DNA from: a virus
Taxonomy: Duplodnaviria > Caudoviricetes
Direction: 5' to 3' (one strand)
DNA length: 29,311 nt
Virus record (IMG/VR): IMGVR_UViG_3300030392_000608
Location: 1-29,311 of that record
Shown: positions 1-8,989 of the stretch, piece after piece
Layout of the letters: every line of letters begins with the position of its first letter
Numbering within the stretch: position 1 is the first letter of the stretch
Translations under genes and position numbers: made by a program
Notes under the pieces: generated by a model
What the model saw: only the letters and a program-made list of their open reading frames with translations
Database searches by the model: none
Told to the model about the DNA's origin: nothing

Positions 1-86
1 GTCTAGAGGTGTTACATTTAAAGCCTGAACAGCAGCATTATCTAAAGATGAAGTTACAGTAGTTATTAATCTTTGTGCTTTTAATG
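1..86. repeat. Imperfect terminal direct repeat, left copy (78/86 identical to 29226-29311)
   Basis: Ungapped alignment with mismatches at positions 7, 13, 14, 15, 18, 23, 55 and 58. Positions 59-86 are identical. Confidence 0.95.
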
Positions 87-207
87 ATTTAGAAGTACCA
101 TCTGCTGAACCTGTGGTATCGCTAATATCCACGCCCATTAATAAATCTGCCCAATCAATCGCGTCAGTTCCGTATGTTCCTTTGTCTGTTAATCGTTGTC
201 CTGCCAT
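1..207 (-). CDS. N-terminal 69 aa of a putative virion/tail-fibre-like protein that continues across the window junction
   Basis: Manual translation from ATG at 207 gives MAGQRLTDKGTYGTDAIDWADLLMGVDISDTTGSADGTSKSLKAQRLITTVTSSLDNAAVQALNVTPLD, open to the window edge. It overlaps in frame with the ORF at 28896-29311. Function is inferred from position only. Confidence 0.7.
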   Translation of the reverse strand, partial: MAGQRLTDKGTYGTDAIDWADLLMGVDISDTTGSADGTSKSLKAQRLITTVTSSLDNAAVQALNVTPLD

Positions 208-289
208 TAGTTAATTTTTTAATATAATTTTTTAATCTTTTAAAATTCGCTAAACTACTTGGATATGTTCTTCTTTCTTTAACACCCAT
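164..289 (-). CDS. Small basic hypothetical protein, 41 aa (MGVKERRTYPSSLANFKRLKNYIKKLTNGRTTINRQRNIRN)
   Basis: Not in the ORF track. Its ATG overlaps the end of 279..866 and it fills the gap to the next gene. Confidence 0.45.
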   Translation of the reverse strand: MGVKERRTYPSSLANFKRLKNYIKKLTNGRTTINRQRNIRN

Positions 290-866
290 AGATAGTGATA
301 TTTGCACCTTGTAAAAAACTTTTCAGTCTATTGCTTCTTGGTACATTAACATCTAAATTAAGCCCTGCAAAATAATTATTTACAGTCGGTGATAATTCAC
401 CTGCATCTGTATTACTGCTATATTCAGGAAATGAAGCACTACCTTTATCTCTTAAATAGTCTATTGTTCTTTGTCTATAAAATTCTGCTGCATCTTTTGC
501 TCTATCCATTACAGGTTTTAAATCATCATAAGTAGCACTAGCAGACTGATCCGTTGAACCCATTACTACAACTGCATTATTGACAAATCTTAATCTCATA
601 AAAGGTACAAGTTCTGCGAAGGCAAATTGCACTAAACTTTTTTGTATAAAATCTTCCATTAAAGTCTTATAATCACCTGTTAGTGTACTTGCTTGTATAT
701 CACTTTTTAATTTAGCATCTAAATCCGTTCCAAGAATAGGTAGTATATACATATCTTGTGCAAGTAATATATAAGGCATTATTAGGTTGTCATCTACTGA
801 ACCACCAAGTGCGGTATCTCTTTTTAATCTTGTTGCTGAAATATATAATGTATGTTGAATTGCCAA
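279..866 (-). CDS. Putative head-tail adaptor/connector protein
   Basis: 195 aa, helical-looking, TTG start, immediately downstream of the portal gene. Assigned from position and general resemblance. Confidence 0.6.
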   Translation of the reverse strand: MAIQHTLYISATRLKRDTALGGSVDDNLIMPYILLAQDMYILPILGTDLDAKLKSDIQASTLTGDYKTLMEDFIQKSLVQFAFAELVPFMRLRFVNNAVVVMGSTDQSASATYDDLKPVMDRAKDAAEFYRQRTIDYLRDKGSASFPEYSSNTDAGELSPTVNNYFAGLNLDVNVPRSNRLKSFLQGANITIYGC

Positions 867-897
867 AATTTTTTTCTTTAATTAGTTAATACTTATT

Positions 898-2712
898 TTA
901 TTTTCTACCTGGATATTTCCACCAATTATTACCTGCATTTGCTGCTTGTACTGCATCTTTAATACCTCTTGGTTTTGGTTTATATGTTTTAGGTATTTCT
1001 GAAACTTTTTTATAGTCTTCTATGTTTTCAGGCATTTCATCACCTTTTTTTACTGTTGTTGCTTTTTTAAGTCTATATAAAACTTCTTTAAAAGCATGCA
1101 CGCACCAAATTCCGCCCTTAAAACGAAACAAATCGTAACTTCTTCCTTTATGCCCTAATTGTTTATTAACGCCTTCCCTACTTGCTTTGTCAATATCTTC
1201 TATTCTATATACTATTCCTTGACCACTTCTAGACATCATTTTTTTACAGAAAGTTCTTGATGTGCCTGTTTTTGTTCTTCTTTTACTCTTTTTAAAATAC
1301 TTAAATCTTATCTTGTAAAATGATTTATCTAAATAACTAAACCCTGAAGGTTTACTATCAATATAGTCTTTTGCAAATTCCTTTTTTTCTTCTATTAATC
1401 TTTTAGCCCAATCTTCGTAAGGTTCTTCATCACCTTGTTCTCTTTCATCTACTATTTCCCAATCTTCACCATCTATTTTTTCGCCTTCTAAATCTTCAAG
1501 TATTATATCAAATTCATCATCAGACATTTCAACAAAATCATCTTCTTTTGTAACGCCTTCTTTTTCTTGATCTTCATCTGATTGTGTTTCTGTTACTTCA
1601 AGGTCAATAAAATCAGCAGGTTTTAAAGTTTTAAAATATAGGTCTAAGTAAATATCGTTTACTTTAAATATTTTATCCAAGCCTTTTAGTAGAATATTTT
1701 GAAATGGTAAAACCACAGAATTTTGAAACAATGAAAAAGCATCACGCAGTTCATCGGCATTTGAACCTAGACCACCACCTTCAGCTCTAATTCCAAATAA
1801 TAGCGGTGATGTTACTCTATGTCCTGAAAGCACTTTATTAACTACTTCCTTAGATAAAAATTGATAACTTTCTGCTGCATCATTAGTTTGGATAGGCACT
1901 ATTTCTGGTGCTGTATCTTTTCCATCATTGAAAGTGATTAATATCTTTCCTGCTGCTTTTGAGGAACTAAATTTAGCATTTATCTGTCGTTCAATAGTAC
2001 GCCTTTCTTCTTCAGTAGGTACACCATTAGCAAAGTTAATTGCCATACTAGGGAACATACCATTAGATATATTAGACAAATGAAATTGTGCTATTTCTAA
2101 ATCTAATTGTATGTAGTCAGTTGCAGCAACATAATCAGGGCAAAATCCATAAAACAAAGCAGGGTTCTTATCTCTAATCATTAGAATTTGACTAGCACTA
2201 CTTCTGTCTTCTGTAGAAAATGCCCTGTAAGGTCTAGGTCTATATTCACCTTTTCGCCATTTAGACCAATCAGCACTATAGTAATAAGTGTCAACTTCGC
2301 CATCTATCATTTTACCACTTCTAATATATTGCGAACCTATATGTTTTATTTTTGCTATTTTGCTTCTATCCCTTGACCATATTATATTAACATAACAACC
2401 ACCGAATAGTTTTAAATCCATAGCCAAATCTTTCAGTACATCACCATCTGAATTATGCAGAAGTTCGTTAAGCCTTAAAAAACTTTCTTTAGTGCTATCG
2501 TTTAAATCAGCATCAGTAGCACCTAAGCCTTCACCATAGATCATAGCACCTATAGACTTAATTAAAGCACCATTTATAGCACTTCCTAAAAATAGTTCTA
2601 ATAGATAATTTGGGTAAAGGTTATCTTCGCCGAAACTTATCCAATCTTGGTTAGATTTTTCCACTAAATGCGGTATGTTATAATGCGATAAGGTTACTAA
2701 ATTTAAATTCAT
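898..2712 (-). CDS. Portal protein with acidic linker and basic C-terminal Cys/His domain
   Basis: 604 aa. Portal-like segments FGEDNLYP, HLSNISNGMFPS and VLSGHRVTSPLLFGI lie in the first ~370 aa. The extra domain contains RTFC...KGGIWCVH. Confidence 0.85.
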   Translation of the reverse strand: MNLNLVTLSHYNIPHLVEKSNQDWISFGEDNLYPNYLLELFLGSAINGALIKSIGAMIYGEGLGATDADLNDSTKESFLRLNELLHNSDGDVLKDLAMDLKLFGGCYVNIIWSRDRSKIAKIKHIGSQYIRSGKMIDGEVDTYYYSADWSKWRKGEYRPRPYRAFSTEDRSSASQILMIRDKNPALFYGFCPDYVAATDYIQLDLEIAQFHLSNISNGMFPSMAINFANGVPTEEERRTIERQINAKFSSSKAAGKILITFNDGKDTAPEIVPIQTNDAAESYQFLSKEVVNKVLSGHRVTSPLLFGIRAEGGGLGSNADELRDAFSLFQNSVVLPFQNILLKGLDKIFKVNDIYLDLYFKTLKPADFIDLEVTETQSDEDQEKEGVTKEDDFVEMSDDEFDIILEDLEGEKIDGEDWEIVDEREQGDEEPYEDWAKRLIEEKKEFAKDYIDSKPSGFSYLDKSFYKIRFKYFKKSKRRTKTGTSRTFCKKMMSRSGQGIVYRIEDIDKASREGVNKQLGHKGRSYDLFRFKGGIWCVHAFKEVLYRLKKATTVKKGDEMPENIEDYKKVSEIPKTYKPKPRGIKDAVQAANAGNNWWKYPGRK

Positions 2713-2714
2713 AA

Positions 2715-3188
2715 TTAAACTGCTGTGTTAGTTATATAAATGCTTTCTGTGTCTGCATCGTTGGTTGTGTATTCTGTGTATACTACAGGCTCAGTACCCC
2801 CTAATGCAAAGTCTTGTGTTAAATTAGCTACACCTTTATAAAGAACATTAAGCCCTGTTGGGTCTAGGTTACTTCCGTCGCTATTTTGATAAATAGTAAT
2901 ATCATAAAACCCTAAAGGCAGTTCAGTTGTACCAAGCTCAATTACTGTTGACGATGCTGCTGGTAGACCCCTTGTTGTGGTAATTGATAATTCAACATAC
3001 CTATCTTGATATGTCCAATCTCCTGTAGGCAACCAATATACTGTTTTATCTGTAAATTGACTTGTTAATTCACCTAGTAGCCATCTAGTATCAGGGTCAG
3101 ATGTTGTCCATTTATCATAAAGGTCTATATAAACTAGATTATTATATACAAGTCCTGCATTATAATTTCTTATTTTTAATTGTAGCAT
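2715..3188 (-). CDS. Putative virion structural protein (paralogue of 3192..3635)
   Basis: 157 aa, beta-rich. Shares LGT-x-x-LP-x-G-x-YD...YQN...NLDPTGL with its neighbour. Confidence 0.6.
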   Translation of the reverse strand: MLQLKIRNYNAGLVYNNLVYIDLYDKWTTSDPDTRWLLGELTSQFTDKTVYWLPTGDWTYQDRYVELSITTTRGLPAASSTVIELGTTELPLGFYDITIYQNSDGSNLDPTGLNVLYKGVANLTQDFALGGTEPVVYTEYTTNDADTESIYITNTAV

Positions 3189-3191
3189 CTT

Positions 3192-3635
3192 CTAAAATGT
3201 TATATAAACTGCTTCTGTTTCTGTATCGTTAGTATTGTATTGATTATATTGAACAGCAGGAAAATCTGCCCTTGCTGTTAAGTTCATTAAACCTTCCCAT
3301 ATTGTTGTTAACCCTGTAGGGTCTAAATTAGTATTATCTGTATTTTGGTACATTGTAACATCATACAATCCAAAGGGTAAATCTTTAGTGCCTAAATTAA
3401 GAAAACCAAGTAGGGGAACAGAAGCACTTACTATAACCATAACTTCAAACCCTACATATCTACTTTCATTGGTATAACTAGCATTAAATGGTATAAATAA
3501 AACATCTTCACCAGACAACTGATTAGTAAACCTAATTAGCGGTTTATAATCTGTGTTAGTCATTTCATCAGCAACATTTATATAAAATGTTTGGGGTGAA
3601 ACATCATTATCTTTTCCCCTAGTTAATTGTATCAT
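3192..3635 (-). CDS. Putative virion structural protein (paralogue of 2715..3188)
   Basis: 147 aa with the same motif block, located between the major tail and portal genes. Confidence 0.6.
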   Translation of the reverse strand: MIQLTRGKDNDVSPQTFYINVADEMTNTDYKPLIRFTNQLSGEDVLFIPFNASYTNESRYVGFEVMVIVSASVPLLGFLNLGTKDLPFGLYDVTMYQNTDNTNLDPTGLTTIWEGLMNLTARADFPAVQYNQYNTNDTETEAVYITF

Positions 3636-3792
3636 CTTTCTTAACCTTCTTTTTTGGTGCTTCTTTTATAAATAAACTATTTCTAACGCTTTCGTTAAGT
3701 GATAGTATTTGCTTTTGCGTTAAATCATTTAAAGGTATTCTTAGGCTATCAATACTTTTACCTTCCCATTGTTTTTTTAGTTTCCAAGTCAT
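3619..3792 (-). CDS. Hypothetical protein, 57 aa (MTWKLKKQWEGKSIDSLRIPLNDLTQKQ...)
   Basis: Not in the ORF track. ATG at 3792 lies 16 nt after a late-promoter motif and the stop overlaps the start of the next gene. Confidence 0.7.
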   Translation of the reverse strand: MTWKLKKQWEGKSIDSLRIPLNDLTQKQILSLNESVRNSLFIKEAPKKKVKKDDTIN

Positions 3793-3808
3793 AGTTCAGT
3801 CTTTTACT

Positions 3809-3834
3809 AATAAATATAAATATAAAGTTATTGT
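3809..3834 (-). promoter_or_regulatory. Putative late promoter ACAA-N10-TTTATATTTATT (copy 4)
   Basis: Exact motif and spacing shared with 6286, 7329 and 15851. Lies just downstream of a terminator. Confidence 0.75.
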
Positions 3835-3846
3835 TTTTTAGTGTAC

Positions 3847-3870
3847 AAAAAAAGGCACATAAGTGCCTTT
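3847..3870 (-). terminator. Intrinsic terminator after the major tail gene
   Basis: Minus strand reads AAAGGCAC-ttat-GTGCCTTT followed by TTTT. Confidence 0.8.
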
Positions 3871-3892
3871 AATTTGTAAAGTAGAGTAACGA

Positions 3893-4486
3893 TTAAGTTC
3901 CAACTGTGATTGTTAAATTTGCTTCATCAGAAAGTCCATCAAACGGATATTTAGCAGTCGCAGCACCAGCACTAGCAGGAAGTTGTATTAAAGCATTTCT
4001 TTCTTCTGCACCCCACTCAATTGTATATCCTGTTAAATCACCTTTAGCAGCTCCCGTTATAACTGTGCCCCCAGTTACAAAATTTCCATTATCAATTCCT
4101 AATAAAAATACATTATCTAAAGCATCTTGAACAAAGATTTGACTTCTTGAATAAGCCATTAGTCTTAATTCATTAGTCGTATCGTGATCAATCTTTTGTA
4201 GTGTTATGCTTAATGCTTGAGTAAAAAATGCTGTTCCTGTAGCATTATCAGAATTAATAGTTACAGTCATTGAACTTAAATTCTGTACTAAATCATATTT
4301 GAAAACTTCTATTGAACCTGAACCACCAGACCAAGTAGCAAAACCTGCTGTAGTCATTTCAGATGTATTTATAGTTGCTTCAGCAGAGATATTATTGCTA
4401 AATGCTTTGCATATATAAATAGCTTTTAAGCCGCCAATCGCATCTTTGCAATCTATTAATCGTCCTCTTGTAATATCACAAGCCAT
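3893..4486 (-). CDS. Major tail (tube) protein
   Basis: 197 aa with the MACDITRGRLIDCKDAIGGLKAIY N-terminus and GAAKGDLTGY motif that I associate with Bacteroidota siphophage tail tubes. Directly after the major capsid gene. Confidence 0.7.
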   Translation of the reverse strand: MACDITRGRLIDCKDAIGGLKAIYICKAFSNNISAEATINTSEMTTAGFATWSGGSGSIEVFKYDLVQNLSSMTVTINSDNATGTAFFTQALSITLQKIDHDTTNELRLMAYSRSQIFVQDALDNVFLLGIDNGNFVTGGTVITGAAKGDLTGYTIEWGAEERNALIQLPASAGAATAKYPFDGLSDEANLTITVGT

Positions 4487-4511
4487 TTTATTTTATATTT
4501 TAAAAGTTAAT

Positions 4512-4537
4512 AAAAGGGCGGTATATTACAACCACCC
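4512..4537 (-). terminator. Intrinsic terminator/attenuator after the major capsid gene
   Basis: Minus strand reads GGGTGGT-tgtaatat-ACCGCCC then TTTT, with one G-U pair in the stem. Confidence 0.7.
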
Positions 4538-4551
4538 ATTTAAAGTATCTA

Positions 4552-5538
4552 TTAAGACCAAACAGTTGAACCATATACACCATCAGTTGCAACAGCAGTC
4601 TGTACGCCTACAGCGAAGTTCATTGTAACTCTCACATTATCGCTTCCGTCATATTGGTAGGTCGGGATCAATCTCGCTTCAGTCCAGTCCGTTGCTAGGT
4701 TTGTTCCAAATACTAAGTTCTCAGGATAAGTGAAAACAATGGTGTCGTTAAACATACCAGGACATCTGTATATAGGGAAACCAAAGTAAGTCATATTCTC
4801 ACCACTTAAATTAAACCCTGCACCTGTAACTTGACCTTGATTAGAACCTGCTGCCGCTAATGCTTGAATATAAAAACCATACGTTTTGTTATTCATATAA
4901 AAACCTGCACCTGGCTTAGTAAGTATACCTGAAACATCAGAAGCAACTGCATCATAAACAGAACCCATATCAGTTAGAATATCAGTAGCCGCTAAAGCAT
5001 CACCAAAAGTAACTTCAGAAAAGTCTTTTAATGCACTTGCATCTGCACCTGTTTCATCTTGGTTTCCATCATCAGATAAAAACCCTGTTCCGAAAGGTGA
5101 AGAACCTTGCCATATTCCTATTTCTAATTGAGCTGCTGCTCTACCTGCAACTACTTGTAATAAGAAGTCGGAAAATGTGTTTGGTAAGTTTCCGTTTCTA
5201 TCCATACCTTGACCAACCCAGAGGGGGAATATTGTGCCACGACAAATTTCCTCATTACATTTTAGGTCTGTCAAACTCAGCACTTGCTCTGTTAGGCTAG
5301 TATTCCCACCACCTGAAAAAGAACAAGCAGCAGCAACAATAGGATTTGAACAAGCCAAGTTATTTATAACCGCTTTAGCGTTTAGACCATCTATTGTTCG
5401 TACGTAGCCTTTGGCGATTGTATCTGGTGAACGTAATGCAGCCGTAACATAAGGTAAACTTAATTCACCTGCGTAAGTGTTGTCTGTAATAGTTATATCA
5501 AATTCTCGCCTTTTTGATAATTGAATTTTATTTCCCAT
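4552..5538 (-). CDS. Major capsid protein
   Basis: 328 aa, downstream of protease and scaffold and followed by a terminator. Has QLEIGIWQG and NLVFGT segments typical of HK97-fold capsids in this group. Confidence 0.85.
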   Translation of the reverse strand: MGNKIQLSKRREFDITITDNTYAGELSLPYVTAALRSPDTIAKGYVRTIDGLNAKAVINNLACSNPIVAAACSFSGGGNTSLTEQVLSLTDLKCNEEICRGTIFPLWVGQGMDRNGNLPNTFSDFLLQVVAGRAAAQLEIGIWQGSSPFGTGFLSDDGNQDETGADASALKDFSEVTFGDALAATDILTDMGSVYDAVASDVSGILTKPGAGFYMNNKTYGFYIQALAAAGSNQGQVTGAGFNLSGENMTYFGFPIYRCPGMFNDTIVFTYPENLVFGTNLATDWTEARLIPTYQYDGSDNVRVTMNFAVGVQTAVATDGVYGSTVWS

Positions 5539-5553
5539 CTTTTTGAATTTTAA

Positions 5554-6279
5554 TTATTTTAAGTTATTTATGTAATACGCTGCCCTTTGTTGATTTGACA
5601 GTTTTTCTAAGTCTACTGTTGAATTAACATTATTGCCCTGTGGTGAATATTTAATGCCTTCATCAGCAGGTTCTTTTGATAATTCTTCTAGTTTATTTTC
5701 TAAATCTTTATTTTTATTTTCTAGACCTTCTAGTCTAGTTACAAGTTCACTTGCAAAGTCAGAAGATAATTCTATTGGGTTTTCTTTTTCTTCGCTTAAT
5801 TCCTCTTTTCCTTCTTCAGTAGTTTCTTCATTAGTTTCTTCGGATAGTTCAGCAGACGCTTCTTCTTTATCTGCTTTTAAATCAGCAACGGCATCTTCAA
5901 GGTTCTGTATTCTTTTTTCCATACCTGCCCAATCACCAACATCCGCTTCATCATCTTCTGCTAATTCTTTTTCTTCAGATGCTTCTTCTGGTTTTTCTAC
6001 ACCTTCGGCTTCTTTCTCTTCGCCTAAATCTAGTATTTTAGAATTCTCGTCTATGCTAATTTTTGCACCATCTTCTAAAGTATAGCTACCTGCTTCAAGT
6101 GGTGAAGCATCGCCTTCGTCTGATACGACAAAGACTTTAGAGCCTATCATAAATTGTTCATCTTCTGTGGCTAGAACTCTGCCATCATCTAATTTTAATT
6201 CAGCGTACATTTTCACGCCATTAGGTTTTGCTTCGTTTTTCATTTGTAATAAGTTTAAGATTTTTTTTAGTGTACTCAT
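5554..6279 (-). CDS. Putative capsid scaffolding protein
   Basis: 241 aa, very acidic, with a C-terminal coiled coil and an internal repeat (LKLDDGRVL / YTLEDGAKI). Lies between protease and capsid genes. Confidence 0.7.
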   Translation of the reverse strand: MSTLKKILNLLQMKNEAKPNGVKMYAELKLDDGRVLATEDEQFMIGSKVFVVSDEGDASPLEAGSYTLEDGAKISIDENSKILDLGEEKEAEGVEKPEEASEEKELAEDDEADVGDWAGMEKRIQNLEDAVADLKADKEEASAELSEETNEETTEEGKEELSEEKENPIELSSDFASELVTRLEGLENKNKDLENKLEELSKEPADEGIKYSPQGNNVNSTVDLEKLSNQQRAAYYINNLK

Positions 6280-6285
6280 AACATT

Positions 6286-6311
6286 AATAAATATAAAAGG
6301 TTTGTTGTTGT
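6286..6311 (-). promoter_or_regulatory. Putative late promoter (copy 3)
   Basis: ACAA-CAACAAACCT-TTTATATTTATT, 6 nt before the scaffold ATG. Confidence 0.75.
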
Positions 6312-7322
6312 TTATTTCTTTGAATATTTTACTGTTCTATTTTTGATAGCTGCACAGACTTTAGCAGCAGTTTCTTTATTTCCGTATTCTTTCATCATAT
6401 CACGAATACATTGATCCCAAGGGTATTTAGCAAGGGCTTGTCTTTTAGCATAAGCAAGATATTCTAGCATCTTGTATTTTCTTTTGTATTTTCTTTTTCC
6501 TTTTTTGGTATATTTTTCTTCTTGCATTATTGCTGTTGCGTGGTCTTCACAAGGCATATATAATTTTACACCATCTACTTTATGAATATGGCTACCAGAC
6601 CCACCTTTGAACATTTCAGAATATAGATTTGCTTCTTCTTTTGTTCTAAATAATGGTTCACCATCTAAACTGCCCACAGGGTGAAGTTCATTTTGTAAAA
6701 TAACATCTTTTATTTTTCCAAATGTTTCTTGGTCTGGACAATCTTCACATACTTCATCTAATATATCTTTCTGTTTAGATGCTTCAATTAATTTATCTGT
6801 GAACCACCCTTCTATACTGAAACCACGCACTTCTTTATTCTTAATTTTATCCCAAATTTCAGGATTGTTTTCTGCACTTACTTGAACAAACCAAGTTCCC
6901 ACAGGCATATTCTTAAAACCCCACATATTAGATTTATCAAATTTCTTATCTTCTTTTATCCAACTTTCTACAACTGTTAAGCCTTTGATTGGCTCACTAT
7001 GTTCAAGTGTATGGCTATTGTTCCTTAGACTAGCCATAAATAGCTTCTGTGCCTGTCTTATGGTTTCCTTAGTAAAAAACACTTCATATTCTTCATTTGT
7101 TTCTTTGTCTAGTCTTGGTATTTTTTTATCAGGTACTAATACTGCACCGATTAATTGTTTCTTTTCTTCGTCTACTTTAGCAAGTGATAAAAAATCATTA
7201 TTAAAGAATACAAAATTTTCTTCAATAGCAGGAAATTTTACAACCGATATTGCTTCAACTCCAAACATTTCAGCAGTTTCATCAATGATAAGTTCTATTA
7301 GTTTTTTTATTTTATTCGCCAT
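6312..7322 (-). CDS. Prohead maturation serine protease, XkdF-like, with C-terminal Cys/His extensions
   Basis: Motifs GAVLVPDK, TLEH, VVESW, GTWFV and IWDKIKNKEVRGFSIEG are characteristic of PBSX XkdF-like proteases. Confidence 0.85.
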   Translation of the reverse strand: MANKIKKLIELIIDETAEMFGVEAISVVKFPAIEENFVFFNNDFLSLAKVDEEKKQLIGAVLVPDKKIPRLDKETNEEYEVFFTKETIRQAQKLFMASLRNNSHTLEHSEPIKGLTVVESWIKEDKKFDKSNMWGFKNMPVGTWFVQVSAENNPEIWDKIKNKEVRGFSIEGWFTDKLIEASKQKDILDEVCEDCPDQETFGKIKDVILQNELHPVGSLDGEPLFRTKEEANLYSEMFKGGSGSHIHKVDGVKLYMPCEDHATAIMQEEKYTKKGKRKYKRKYKMLEYLAYAKRQALAKYPWDQCIRDMMKEYGNKETAAKVCAAIKNRTVKYSKK

Positions 7323-7328
7323 AACATA

Positions 7329-7354
7329 AATAAATATAAATTCATATTTTTTGT
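7329..7354 (-). promoter_or_regulatory. Putative late promoter (copy 2)
   Basis: ACAA-AAAATATGAA-TTTATATTTATT, 6 nt before the protease ATG. Confidence 0.75.
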
Positions 7355-8989
7355 TTATAATGTAGCCTGTATGTCTAGTTCTTCTTGTAATGCTTGTGCA
7401 TCACTAATATCATTTTCAACTACATAAGCCTGAACAGGTGTAGCACCACCTAATTCTGTTGGTGTTATTGCTTCTAAATTAGGTATTAAATTGCCACCTA
7501 TTCCTGTCGCTTTGGGTATGCTATCAGGGGTGTCAGGCTCATCACCACCCCCAGGAATTTTAGCAAATACTGCCTTAGCACTTGCAATTCCTGATAAAGC
7601 AGCAGCAACACCTGTTGCTATAGCACCTAAATTTGCAGGAAACACTAATCCTGCACCTGCCTTAACAGCAGCAGAAATTGATTGTGCAGTATTAATAAGT
7701 ATCGCTGCTAGTGCAGTTGCTTTAGCCATTTTAGTACCTTGACCTGCTAGTTGTCCTAAAGAACCTAATATACTTGTAGCAGCACCAATTTCCATTGCTT
7801 TAACAGCATCAATTTGTGCTTTTTTTAGTTTTGCCTTTTCTTCACCTGCCTTTTTTACTATTCCTAATTTTGTTTCTTCTGCTTTTATTAAGGCAGCAAT
7901 TTCTTTATTAGTCAGTTCTTCAGTAATTGCAATATTAAGTTCTTTTGTTCGTGTTGTTAATTCTATTCTTAATAATTTTTCTTTTTCTATCCTTTCTTCT
8001 TCTTTGGCAATTTGATTTGTGAAAGTTCCTATTTCGGCTGCTACTCTTTTTTGTTTTAATACAGATGCAGTTTGTAAGTCTATTAGTCTTGCCCTTTCTT
8101 CTGCTAGTTTTGCTATGTCTTCTTCGCTAGATTTACCTAAATCAATTATTGCCTGTAATGTTTTTACCTTTGTATTTTGTGTAGCAACTTCCATATCTGC
8201 AACTCTTTTTTCTTCTTCTACGGCTGCCTTTAATGCTGCTAGTCTATCTACCATAGATTTAGTATCATCTTCTGCTAATAATCTACTTTCTGCTATTATC
8301 TTATTAGCCTTTGCTCTGATCAAAAGCATATCTCTTTCTTCATCTCTAACACGCTGTAATGCTTCTGTCAATTTTCCTACTGCTGTTGTTTCTTCTTTTA
8401 TTTCTTTAGTAATACCTTTAAGGGTGTCGGCTACTTTCTTTTGTTGTGTTTCATCCAATCCTGTATTTAATTGTATAAAGGCAGCACCAGCATCACTAGC
8501 TGCTTCTTTTAGTGCTTCTAAATCCCTATTAAAAACTGCTGAAATCATCCTGCCCAAAGCACCAAAAGTAAGTATTAGCCCTTCTACTCTATTTACTATA
8601 TTCTGTTTTAGTGCTTCCCAAAACTTTTTTATACTTCCTAAGGGGTCTGTAAATAGTTTACCTAGAGACATAAATAAGGGCTCTAATCTATCTCGTAATA
8701 CATCAAACATAGCACTAACCTTAGCACCCATCACTTCAAATTTTCTAGCAGTTTCTATATTACCACTAAACAATTCTTTTAATTTCATAAAAGCAGCAAC
8801 AATAAGTCCTATTCCTATTGCTTTAAACGCCAAACCTAAACCTTTAGCACCCGCAGTCATACCACCCAATCCTGCCTTAGCACCTTTAGAAGATTTGTCT
8901 ACATCTCTAACACTTTTATCTACTTTTTCAACACCTTTTACAGCATCTTTAGTATCTGCTTCTAGTATTATTTTTCTCTTTATCGCCAT
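7355..8989 (-). CDS. Tape measure protein
   Basis: 544 aa, Ala/Lys/Glu-rich helical, with hydrophobic Gly/Ala stretches (GLAFKAIGIGLIVAA) and a C-terminal PVQAYVVENDI. Confidence 0.8.
   Translation of the reverse strand: MAIKRKIILEADTKDAVKGVEKVDKSVRDVDKSSKGAKAGLGGMTAGAKGLGLAFKAIGIGLIVAAFMKLKELFSGNIETARKFEVMGAKVSAMFDVLRDRLEPLFMSLGKLFTDPLGSIKKFWEALKQNIVNRVEGLILTFGALGRMISAVFNRDLEALKEAASDAGAAFIQLNTGLDETQQKKVADTLKGITKEIKEETTAVGKLTEALQRVRDEERDMLLIRAKANKIIAESRLLAEDDTKSMVDRLAALKAAVEEEKRVADMEVATQNTKVKTLQAIIDLGKSSEEDIAKLAEERARLIDLQTASVLKQKRVAAEIGTFTNQIAKEEERIEKEKLLRIELTTRTKELNIAITEELTNKEIAALIKAEETKLGIVKKAGEEKAKLKKAQIDAVKAMEIGAATSILGSLGQLAGQGTKMAKATALAAILINTAQSISAAVKAGAGLVFPANLGAIATGVAAALSGIASAKAVFAKIPGGGDEPDTPDSIPKATGIGGNLIPNLEAITPTELGGATPVQAYVVENDISDAQALQEELDIQATL

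Noticed and set aside
1-86. Terminal near-repeat as a DGR template/variable repeat pair
   Set aside because: Mismatched adenines are split between both copies instead of confined to one template, one mismatch involves no A on the coding strand, and no reverse transcriptase is present.
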